A stretch of 64,000 nt of DNA from Bacteroidales bacterium UBA3754. GTDB lineage: Bacteria > Bacteroidota > Bacteroidia > Bacteroidales > UBA1715. Under the pieces are notes generated by a model. The model made no database searches. It saw only the letters and a list, made by a program, of their open reading frames with translations, and was not told the DNA's origin. A program made the translations under genes and the position numbers. Positions 53,936 to 62,533 of the stretch are shown piece after piece (the stretch's first letter is position 1; each line of letters opens with the position of its first letter). Location: positions 17,181 through 81,180 of the forward strand of contig DFGI01000019.1 of NCBI GenBank assembly GCA_002371705.1, given 5' to 3'.

Positions 53936-54220
53936 TTAAATTTCTTTTGCGAACATTGCATCGAGTGCGTTTTGTGGAAACGGACATGGTTCGTGGCGTT
54001 CTTTTGCGAGTTGGAATTGCTTGCAGGCATTTCGTATCGAAGTCTCTTCATAACATTTGAAAACGGTGTCTTTCACGCTGTCAAGATGCGGAATATCGGT
54101 GTCGGCGAATTTGCCGTAGTGTTTGTAGCTGACGTTCTTTTCGGGCAAAATGCCGTGGTAGTAGTACGACCACACAAGAAACTGCATACAAGCATCGGGA
54201 GTCATTACGATTTCGTCCAT
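53936..54220 (-). CDS. Hypothetical protein (94 aa)
   Basis: A compact ORF packed between its neighbours with gaps of 5-7 nt. I recognise no family. Confidence 0.45.
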   Translation of the reverse strand: MDEIVMTPDACMQFLVWSYYYHGILPEKNVSYKHYGKFADTDIPHLDSVKDTVFKCYEETSIRNACKQFQLAKERHEPCPFPQNALDAMFAKEI

Positions 54221-54227
54221 AGTACTG

Positions 54228-54563
54228 TTATTTTAGTCGTTTGGGGAGTTTTTTATATACTTCGTCGTATGCGTGGTCAATCAAGGAGCGTATAAGTTTG
54301 TCATCGGCATCTTGGTTGAACCAAACTTGATTCCAAAATTTCTTGTTCCAATGGAATGCGCCTTCAACGCTACTGTATTGTTCGCGAAGTTCGAGAGCTT
54401 TCTCGGGGTCGCATTTCATAGTGGCGAGGTCGGGGTTGTCCATTGCTACGCAGGCGAAAATTTTCCCATGAAGCCGAAACACCAGCACATTTTCGTCAAA
54501 CGGCATATCTTCGGTTACGTTGGGCAACGAAAGGCAATATTCACGAAATTCTTCGATGTTCAT
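54228..54563 (-). CDS. MmcQ/YjbR-family protein
   Basis: MNIEEFREYCLSLPNVTEDMPFDENVLVFRLHGKIFA... is the typical YjbR N-terminus. Confidence 0.75.
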   Translation of the reverse strand: MNIEEFREYCLSLPNVTEDMPFDENVLVFRLHGKIFACVAMDNPDLATMKCDPEKALELREQYSSVEGAFHWNKKFWNQVWFNQDADDKLIRSLIDHAYDEVYKKLPKRLK

Positions 54564-54610
54564 GTCTTTTTGTTTTATTGTTATCAATTAAGAACCTTCA
54601 TTTTAGAATT

Positions 54611-55621
54611 TTATCCTCTTCTTCGTCCTTTGTAAATCACTAAAATAACGATTGGTGCACCGAAAATTGCTGTCACCGTGTTGATTGGCAACATTGATTG
54701 CATTCCCGGCAGTTGGGAAATAAGGTCGCAAATCAGCAGAAGATTGATGCCGATTAGTACCGAATTGATAATGAGTGATTTATGATTGTCGCTTTTGCAA
54801 AGAAAACGAGCCACGTGCGGAACTGTCATTCCCACAAATCCGATTGGCCCAGCAAAGGCTGTGACGATTGCGGCAAGAATTGCGGAGAGTATAATCACAA
54901 CCACACGCAAAGCGTCGGTTTTTACGCCCAAGCCACGGGCGTAGTTATCGCCTAACAATATGGCATCCAATGGTTTATGCAACGCCAATGTGGCAATTAC
55001 TGTAGGAATGATGCAACATGCCATCAATGTGAGTTCGGTAGTCCCGATGTTTGAAAAACTTCCCATTGTCCAAAGCAGAAAATTGTGCACTTCATCGGGT
55101 TTGGAGAAGTATTGCAGCACGTTTACAATTGCGGCGGTTATGCTGCCGAGCATAATGCCGATAATCAGCAATGATGCGTTTTCTCGGACTTTCGTCGCCA
55201 CTGAGAGAATGAAAAATATCACGATTGTGGAGCCAATCAGTGCAGAAATTGCCACGCCAACGCTTCCCGCTATCCACGACCATGCCGCCACAGCTGCTCC
55301 GCCTGAAAGCGAAAATAGCGCCACGCCCAAACTTGCGCCCGTGCTCACGCCGAGCACATACGGGTCGGCAAGTGGATTGCGGAACAATGTCTGCATCAGC
55401 AAGCCGGAAACTGGCAGCGCCATTCCTGCCAAAATTGCCGCTATGGCACGGGGAAGACGGAGATTCATTATAATATTGTACCACAAGGTATCAGTTTCGT
55501 TCCCCCGAAGCACGTCAATACAGCTTTGCAACGGAACTTGCACGCTGCCGAACACAATGTCGGCGACGAAACAAATCGGAATACAGATGCAAAACAATAT
55601 TGTGGCTATTTTTATCTTCAT
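54611..55621 (-). CDS. FecCD/BtuC-family ABC importer permease
   Basis: 336 aa, about 9-10 TM helices. ...LNLRLPRAIAAILAGMALPVSGLLMQTLFRNPLADPYVLGVS... is typical of FecCD permeases. Confidence 0.9.
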   Translation of the reverse strand: MKIKIATILFCICIPICFVADIVFGSVQVPLQSCIDVLRGNETDTLWYNIIMNLRLPRAIAAILAGMALPVSGLLMQTLFRNPLADPYVLGVSTGASLGVALFSLSGGAAVAAWSWIAGSVGVAISALIGSTIVIFFILSVATKVRENASLLIIGIMLGSITAAIVNVLQYFSKPDEVHNFLLWTMGSFSNIGTTELTLMACCIIPTVIATLALHKPLDAILLGDNYARGLGVKTDALRVVVIILSAILAAIVTAFAGPIGFVGMTVPHVARFLCKSDNHKSLIINSVLIGINLLLICDLISQLPGMQSMLPINTVTAIFGAPIVILVIYKGRRRG

Positions 55622-55622
55622 A

Positions 55623-56702
55623 TTATTTCAAGCTGTCAAGAAAAACGGTTTCGTAGTTTGGCAATAATTCTGGATGAATGATTTTTATGTAATCGGCAAG
55701 AACAATGTCGGGACGGACGTAGCCATATTCCCAATAATCGTTGCCGCCGTTGGCATTGCATCGTTTTGAGCGATTATAGATTGTTCGTTTTTGATACACT
55801 GAAAGCAGTTTGTAGTTTTTATTGATTGCGTCTAAATCCTCATAAGATTTCTCATCGCAGCCAATCCAAACGTCGGCGTTGGCGGAGAGCTGCATTACTT
55901 GTTCGAAATTTAGTACCACACTGCCTGTGTTTGTGTTGTTTTTCCCAATAAAATTGCCACCTGCGTCGGCAATAAAAGTGGCAATATAGCTTGCGCCGCC
56001 GGGCATATACCAAATGTCGTTACTTGCTGCTCCAGCAAGCACCACGGGCTTGTTCGCAATTGTGTCGGTGAGCGATTTCATTGCGTTGTATTTCTTTTCA
56101 ATGCTGAAAAACACACTGTCTGCTTTGTCCTGCACGCCAAGAATCATTCCAAGGAAACGAATCCATTCCACCCGTGCAAGCGGCGACACTTCCTGCCAGC
56201 TTGTTGTGAACACCACGGGACATTGCACGTGTTGGTATTTCTGAATGTCGGCGCGGTTGAATGCCGAAGTGATGGCAATGTCGGGATTGAGAGCAAGCAA
56301 TGCCTCAATGTTCACCTCCATACTTGTGCCCACGTTTTGTATATGTCCGTCGTCGTAGCGTTTCCGCACTGCCTCGTTCGAGATGCGGAAATAGTCGCAC
56401 ACGCCCGAAATGTTGTCAACCAACCCAAGTTCCGAAAGCATGGCAATGTCGGTTGTGGAAAGAGCCGCAATACTTGTGTTTTGTTCGGGAAGATTTTTTC
56501 GGATTTCATTCAGGCAATACACCATACTATCGCGACCGTCGGTCCACGGAAAATATACTACAACAGTGTCGCTTCCTTGTCGGGAATAGAGGTTTTGGGC
56601 ATATTTGAAGATGTTTTCTTCGTTTGGCGCAGCCGTTTTTTGTGGCGAACTGCACGCAAACAATGAAATAACCGCAAGGCAAAAAAGAAAAACTCGCTTC
56701 AT
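55623..56702 (-). CDS. Periplasmic-binding-protein (BtuF/FecB-like) lipoprotein
   Basis: Lipobox SLFAC-SSPQ. The layout is class III SBP-like. It lies 1 nt upstream of the permease gene. Confidence 0.8.
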   Translation of the reverse strand: MKRVFLFCLAVISLFACSSPQKTAAPNEENIFKYAQNLYSRQGSDTVVVYFPWTDGRDSMVYCLNEIRKNLPEQNTSIAALSTTDIAMLSELGLVDNISGVCDYFRISNEAVRKRYDDGHIQNVGTSMEVNIEALLALNPDIAITSAFNRADIQKYQHVQCPVVFTTSWQEVSPLARVEWIRFLGMILGVQDKADSVFFSIEKKYNAMKSLTDTIANKPVVLAGAASNDIWYMPGGASYIATFIADAGGNFIGKNNTNTGSVVLNFEQVMQLSANADVWIGCDEKSYEDLDAINKNYKLLSVYQKRTIYNRSKRCNANGGNDYWEYGYVRPDIVLADYIKIIHPELLPNYETVFLDSLK

Positions 56703-57527
56703 TTATTTCATAAATTGTTTCATCAAATCAGCCATTTGCAGTTGCAATTCTTTTGATTTTTCGGCGGCAACTTCGGCGAATTTGTCGGTTGAATCGGCGT
56801 AAATAATGCCACGTGAGGAATTTACCAACAAGCCACAATCCTTATTCATTCCATATTGTGCAACGGCTTCGAGGCTTCCACCTTGTGCGCCCACGCCTGG
56901 AACGAGCAAGAAATGATTTGGAGCAATCGCGCGCACGTTTCCAAGCATTTCGGCTTTTGTTGCGCCAACCACATACATCATATTTTCTTCGTTACCCCAT
57001 TGCTGCGATGCGGAAAGGACGTGTTCGTACAGACATTTTCCGTCGCTTTCCTTGAATTGGAAATCAAATGCGCCTTTGTTCGATGTGAGAGCGAGCAAAA
57101 TCGCCCATTTCCCTTCGTAGGTAAGGAACGGGGTAACCGAGTCCTCGCCCATGTACGGCGCAATTGTCACCGCATCGAACGGAAGATTTTCGAGGAACGC
57201 TTTGGCGTACATTTTCGATGTGTTACCAATGTCGCCACGTTTTGCGTCGGCAATTAAAAAGATTTCGGGATATTTATTTTTTATGTAATTGACCGTTTTC
57301 TCCAAACTTTTCCATCCTGCGATGCCGTAGCATTCGTAAAATGCAATATTTGGTTTGTAAGCAACCGCATACTGCGCTGTTGCGTCAACAATTGCTTTGT
57401 TAAACGCAAAAATCGGGTCGTCGGCAGACTTGAGATGTTCTGGGATTTTGTTTATGTCGGTGTCCAAACCAACGCATAGGAAACTTTGTTTTTTTACAAT
57501 TTCGGCAACTAATTCGCTCTTATTCAT
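56703..57527 (-). CDS. pyrF: Orotidine-5'-phosphate decarboxylase (type 2)
   Basis: ...[12 protein letters not shown]...[14 protein letters not shown]... are catalytic Asp and Lys motifs of the long-form PyrF. Confidence 0.9.
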   Translation of the reverse strand: MNKSELVAEIVKKQSFLCVGLDTDINKIPEHLKSADDPIFAFNKAIVDATAQYAVAYKPNIAFYECYGIAGWKSLEKTVNYIKNKYPEIFLIADAKRGDIGNTSKMYAKAFLENLPFDAVTIAPYMGEDSVTPFLTYEGKWAILLALTSNKGAFDFQFKESDGKCLYEHVLSASQQWGNEENMMYVVGATKAEMLGNVRAIAPNHFLLVPGVGAQGGSLEAVAQYGMNKDCGLLVNSSRGIIYADSTDKFAEVAAEKSKELQLQMADLMKQFMK

Positions 57528-57638
57528 TGCAGTAGATATTTTAATATTTCGCTCGTAAAGATATGGTTTCTATTTGAATTTGTGGCAAATTAAATGCAAA
57601 CATTCACAATCTATTTTTCAAATAAAACGAAATAGGCT

Positions 57639-57657
57639 TAGTGTATTTTTTACACTA
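57639..57657. promoter_or_regulatory. Palindrome TAGTGTA-N5-TACACTA, copy 2
   Basis: tagtgtattttttacacta, with arms that extend to cttagtgta/tacactaag (57637-57659). It lies 115-133 bp upstream of the 1583-aa gene, in the divergent pyrF/giant-gene intergenic region. Confidence 0.4.
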
Positions 57658-57736
57658 AGTAATAATTTAAGCAAAAAAATCGTAAAAGCATCAAGAAATT
57701 TTCAAATTTTTTATATGCTTGAAAAAATGTTTACTT

Positions 57737-57744
57737 TACTTTTG
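57737..57744 (+). promoter_or_regulatory. -7 box TACTTTTG for the giant-protein operon
   Basis: Lies 27 nt upstream of the ATG at 57772. Confidence 0.5.
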
Positions 57745-57771
57745 CGCCATAAAGTAGAAAATTGCTAAAAA

Positions 57772-60700
57772 ATGAAAAAACTATTACTTGTATTATTTAC
57801 ACACATTGTAGCTACTCAAGCATTGTTTGCACAGTTAGAAATTGAAACAACGGTTCCGACGGGATTTGACGAAGCCATAAACGTGGGCGTTGGGACTGGG
57901 TATTTTGAAACCATAATAAAGAATAAAAGTGGTGTTGAAACCATTACAGGAATAAAGGTTACTCCTCTTGGTGGTTTGGACGGCTTGGAAATACTGGCGA
58001 ATGCAACGTATGAGTATAACGGCACGGTTTATTCTGCGAGTGTAACAGGCGATTTAATAAAAACCAATGGCTCAATGCGGTTGATGGCTGGCGAGCAGAT
58101 AAAATTCCTATACGAGAAACGAGCAAAATGTAGCATAGTTCCCCAAGCTTCTTCGGGCTATTCCATGCAGGTGGTTGACGATATATCAGTATTGGGAACA
58201 GATTACTCGGAGCAAACCAACTCATATCCAGTGCTATTTCCAGGACTTTCAGTTATTGTTCCCGAATCGCCATACAACAATGTAGATGTTGAGTACCGAG
58301 AAGAATATACGGATACTGTAACTATCAGAAACGAGGCAAATGCAGGAAGTGTTAATCATCTTATTTTACAGATGGAACGTGCAAAAGATGTTCTTGCTGT
58401 ATATAATGTAGAATTAACTCACAATGGTCAGAGTATTTCATTTCCTTTTACCAGTTTGCAAGACATTAGAATAGAACTGAACAGTTCTGATTTGGAACAA
58501 TTAGGTTTTCAAAATGGTATAATGCCAAGCAATAGCCAGTTCCAGATGATAGTTTCTGGACGGGTTGAAAAATATGCGGCGACGACACAAGTCAGATATT
58601 CTGTTGATTATAAAACATTTGGTATTTCTTGTGGTCGTTTAAAAAATGCTGAAGGCGTAAAATATTTTCAGCAGGCATATCCAAATCCTCAATTATCAAT
58701 TACATCTCATATTCTATCTAAGGGAAATTTTTGTGGAGAAAAACTTATTGTAGAGTATTTAATTGAAAGTATCAATATTCAAAATCCTTCAAATCATTTG
58801 TTAGATTTATACCTTAATGCTGTTTATTCGAATGGCTATTCGATAGATGCTGTTTATTGTAATGATATACTTCTAAGTACATCGGCATCTCTCTCGTATT
58901 ATCTGTTAGGGGTGGGTAATATTGACAACAATAATATAACTGCGGATTATAAGGGGGACAGACCTATCAAGTTGAAAATTATTGCAACCCCCAAATATTA
59001 TACAACAGGGTTCGCTTGTAAATTTTTTGTCCGAATAGAAGGGAAGAAAATAAACGGAGATTCCTTTATGGCTTTCCCTGACAGTTGGGAAGAAAGTCAA
59101 AAAAGAAGTAGTTCGTACGTTACAGGTGATGCCACTATTGACGATGTAATAAAACCAATAGGAACTTATACCTATGATTACAATGTTCTGATGAATACTA
59201 GTGGGAAGGAAACAATGAACTATTATCTTTCCGTCAAGAAACCTGATGGAGAACTTGAACCTATATCGGGAATTGTTGATAACGATATAATAACATACAA
59301 GGGAACTTGTTCCGCAACAATCACAGCTTGTGAGGATCCAAGTCCTAAGTTTCAAGTAGTGTTATTAACAGAAAATTGTGAAGAGAAACCTGTTATTATA
59401 ACAGAAGCAAGACCAGATGTTTTACAAAGATGCCATACTGGAGGTGGTAGTGGTGCGTGTTATGCAGGAGACGTAACAGAAGCATCTTTTAACAGGGAAG
59501 AGATCAATACTTGCGATGACGTAATGTTGCAAGCAAAAGGAACAGTATCTTACCGTTGTAGTTCTGAATGTCCAAGATATAAATCAGTTGCTGTTAGTGT
59601 TGAAGAAAAAAGTAAGCAACTACCAATCGAAATGAAGGAAACTTTCTTAGAAAATGTTTCATCAACTAATTACTTTGACTATAGAGAAGGAACCATTGCA
59701 TACGAATTTCCTATACAAATGGGTTGTCCTGATAAGGATACAATCATAACAAAGGAACTAAATTTCCAAGGAAAACTATTTGTTAATGGGCATATTAACG
59801 CAGAACGTATAGATGCAAACATTCAAGTGAGATATATGTTGATTGGAGAAAATGATTCCATTTACGATGGCACGTTAACATGGGGAGATATGCTTACCGT
59901 ATATGACCCCAAACCAACATTTGGAATAACTGTTCCTTTAACATATTGCAATCCAGGAGAAGTTATTGCGAAAATGGGGAAAGGTGCACCAACGGGAAAT
60001 CCTGCACGTATTCAAATAACCGAAGTTACCCTTCCTGCACAACCTGATTTTTATTACGAACCCAATGGTATCTATGCTACGGAAATGCCTTATACCATTG
60101 GGAATCTACAATGGGAGGTGATTCAAGGGCAGAATGAAAGTATGCCTACGTATGGATTAAGACCTAAATGTGCTGAAGATGCTAAAACCAACAGTCGGAA
60201 AGAGGGGTCTTTAACCTATGTTGATTTTTACGGGACATCCTGTGCAGAAGAAAAAACAGTCCCTGTCTTTGGAATACCAAATGTACCTTATGAAATGCCC
60301 CAAATAATACTTCATCCTACCGAACGCCAACAGAGTGTTGAATCAACTACTACGTGGACTTTGTTAGTAGAAAATACGGGACACTCAACAGCACGTCATG
60401 TAATGTTACGTTTGACACCAAACGAGGAGAATTCTATGACTATTAAAATAGAAGAAGTTCGAATAAACGGACAAGTTTGCTATGATATAAGAAGGCGAGG
60501 TGGTAGTGTATATGTCCCCATGCCAAGTAATTTTTTGAAATCAAGTCAAAAAGTGGTTACAGTAACGGCTTCATACAAAGATTGTATTGAATACGGAATA
60601 AGTGCCATAGATGTTGAATCTGCATGGAGTTGTGAAGAACTAACAGAAAACAATTTTGATGATTTTAATTGTGGTGGTACGGCTGTGCTTGAATTGGAAA

Positions 60701-62523
60701 ATATGGTGGCGGTTCTCAATGTCATTGAAACATATCCGAAAAAGTATTTTAATCTTTGTGAAGATATACCAATTCATTTAGACATAAGTAATATAGGACG
60801 GGCAGATTTATCACAAATGGGATTTTGGTTTGAAGCATTGTCCAATACCTATAATATATCAAATGACGCTCTTATATGGAATTATGATGGGAGAACCAAT
60901 GTGATTACAGGAATTTCATCTGTTCTGGTTTCTAATTCCATATTGTCTCAAAACGTACTTACATCAAGCCAAGAAGTGTTAAAATCATCATATTCTATGA
61001 ATCTTGATTTTAATATACAAACAGCATGTACAGAAGATCAATTGGGAATTGATAAGGTTTCATTTGTTATAAGAGGTTATTCCAATTGTGGAGAAATTCA
61101 AGAACGAAAATTCGGCTTTAGTCCAAAACTAAAAGGTTTTGAAGCATTAGACTCTATTTCTATTTCAGGCAGACAAATCTCTGAATTTGAGAAACCTCAA
61201 GATACCGCTTCTTTTATTGTATGCATTCAAAATAATTCAAGCCGTTTGGTTGATAGTGCTTTCATTTCGGTACTTATTCCTGTTGGGTATGAAATAGTTG
61301 GTTATACGCCATTACAAGATGGTACGGTATCTATGATGACAGAAAGTATTTACAATGATACCTTAATTCTTTATCAGTGGGAATTGACAAAACATTCTAA
61401 CATACAAGCAAACGATTCTGTCGCTGTTAAATTTGACATTACGAGCAATTTAGATTGTCCGCCATCTGGCAAATTATCATATTATGGTACACTTAAACGG
61501 TATATGTTTGACTGTACTGGAGATTCTTGTTTAACTTCACGGAGTACCAATCCAATTTATGTGGATTTAAACCCAAAATTTTCACTATTCTCTGCCGAAA
61601 TGATAGGAAATAGTTCTACATGCGTTGGAACAAATACAAACTATCAAATACAAGGACAAGGCATTCAATCTATACAGTGGAATTGTCAATTTCCATATAT
61701 AGAAAATGGGAATGAAATATCCATCACCTATGAAAATACTGGAGAATATACCATACAGGCATTGGTGACAGGTCAATGCGAATCAAAGACCGTACAAACA
61801 AAAACCGAAGTCCTTTCCATTCCCGATATTTCGATTGACGAATCTAAAAATGTGACATGGAGAAAATGGGAAGAAGAAGGAGTAACATGTATAGATAGTT
61901 CCTTAATCATTGAGAATTGGACAATTCCTCTAATTGATACTTGTGGAACATATACATTGACCTATACAGAGAGAAATCAGTGCGGGCAGTCATCACAGGA
62001 TATGGATTTAACAATTTATAGGTGTTGCGAAATAGAACCAATAGTTATTCCCGATACGGTTTTTATTCAGTGGTATGATGAATGGAATGAAGATTTAGCA
62101 CAACATATTGATTGCCAACCCAAAGATGGAGTATTTGAGCTCATTGAAGGCGAATCCCATAATATGTGTGGAGAATATCTTTTCCGATATACAGTTAGTC
62201 AATGTGATACGGTTTATTCCGACAGTGTCGTAATTATTGTTGAGAACTGTTGTGGTGAGAATCCTATGGGTGACATAGTGATAACAGACAGACAAGGTGT
62301 AACCACATTTGACGTGGAAGTCCTCAGATATTATCTGAAACATCCAGAATCCTTAGTGAAAAAAACAGACGAATACGAATCATACTATCTACAAATGGAA
62401 GATTGTGGAGGAAAAATAAAAAAGGTTGATTTGATTCGTTGTTTCCCACAATGGATAGACATCAACGGAGACGGTTCCGTTGATGAAAAAGATGTAAATG
62501 AGTTAATAAAATTGGTACATTAA
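57772..62523 (+). CDS. 1583-aa secreted Cys-rich multi-domain surface protein with a single C-terminal dockerin/EF-hand-like loop; function unknown
   Basis: Signal peptide MKKLLLVLFTHIVATQALFAQ. It contains several CARDB/DUF11-like beta-sandwich signatures (TVTIRNEANAGSVNHLIL, TWTLLVENTGHSTARHVML, IHLDISNIGRADLS, FIVCIQNNSSRLVDS). Two HYR-like Cys-framed modules lie near the C-terminus (...CGTYTLTYTERNQCGQ...RCC and ...CGEYLFRYTVSQCD...NCC). The terminal sequence is DINGDGSVDEKDVNELIKLVH. There is no T9SS tail. Confidence 0.8.
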   Translation: MKKLLLVLFTHIVATQALFAQLEIETTVPTGFDEAINVGVGTGYFETIIKNKSGVETITGIKVTPLGGLDGLEILANATYEYNGTVYSASVTGDLIKTNGSMRLMAGEQIKFLYEKRAKCSIVPQASSGYSMQVVDDISVLGTDYSEQTNSYPVLFPGLSVIVPESPYNNVDVEYREEYTDTVTIRNEANAGSVNHLILQMERAKDVLAVYNVELTHNGQSISFPFTSLQDIRIELNSSDLEQLGFQNGIMPSNSQFQMIVSGRVEKYAATTQVRYSVDYKTFGISCGRLKNAEGVKYFQQAYPNPQLSITSHILSKGNFCGEKLIVEYLIESINIQNPSNHLLDLYLNAVYSNGYSIDAVYCNDILLSTSASLSYYLLGVGNIDNNNITADYKGDRPIKLKIIATPKYYTTGFACKFFVRIEGKKINGDSFMAFPDSWEESQKRSSSYVTGDATIDDVIKPIGTYTYDYNVLMNTSGKETMNYYLSVKKPDGELEPISGIVDNDIITYKGTCSATITACEDPSPKFQVVLLTENCEEKPVIITEARPDVLQRCHTGGGSGACYAGDVTEASFNREEINTCDDVMLQAKGTVSYRCSSECPRYKSVAVSVEEKSKQLPIEMKETFLENVSSTNYFDYREGTIAYEFPIQMGCPDKDTIITKELNFQGKLFVNGHINAERIDANIQVRYMLIGENDSIYDGTLTWGDMLTVYDPKPTFGITVPLTYCNPGEVIAKMGKGAPTGNPARIQITEVTLPAQPDFYYEPNGIYATEMPYTIGNLQWEVIQGQNESMPTYGLRPKCAEDAKTNSRKEGSLTYVDFYGTSCAEEKTVPVFGIPNVPYEMPQIILHPTERQQSVESTTTWTLLVENTGHSTARHVMLRLTPNEENSMTIKIEEVRINGQVCYDIRRRGGSVYVPMPSNFLKSSQKVVTVTASYKDCIEYGISAIDVESAWSCEELTENNFDDFNCGGTAVLELENMVAVLNVIETYPKKYFNLCEDIPIHLDISNIGRADLSQMGFWFEALSNTYNISNDALIWNYDGRTNVITGISSVLVSNSILSQNVLTSSQEVLKSSYSMNLDFNIQTACTEDQLGIDKVSFVIRGYSNCGEIQERKFGFSPKLKGFEALDSISISGRQISEFEKPQDTASFIVCIQNNSSRLVDSAFISVLIPVGYEIVGYTPLQDGTVSMMTESIYNDTLILYQWELTKHSNIQANDSVAVKFDITSNLDCPPSGKLSYYGTLKRYMFDCTGDSCLTSRSTNPIYVDLNPKFSLFSAEMIGNSSTCVGTNTNYQIQGQGIQSIQWNCQFPYIENGNEISITYENTGEYTIQALVTGQCESKTVQTKTEVLSIPDISIDESKNVTWRKWEEEGVTCIDSSLIIENWTIPLIDTCGTYTLTYTERNQCGQSSQDMDLTIYRCCEIEPIVIPDTVFIQWYDEWNEDLAQHIDCQPKDGVFELIEGESHNMCGEYLFRYTVSQCDTVYSDSVVIIVENCCGENPMGDIVITDRQGVTTFDVEVLRYYLKHPESLVKKTDEYESYYLQMEDCGGKIKKVDLIRCFPQWIDINGDGSVDEKDVNELIKLVH

Positions 62524-62533
62524 AATATTGGTT

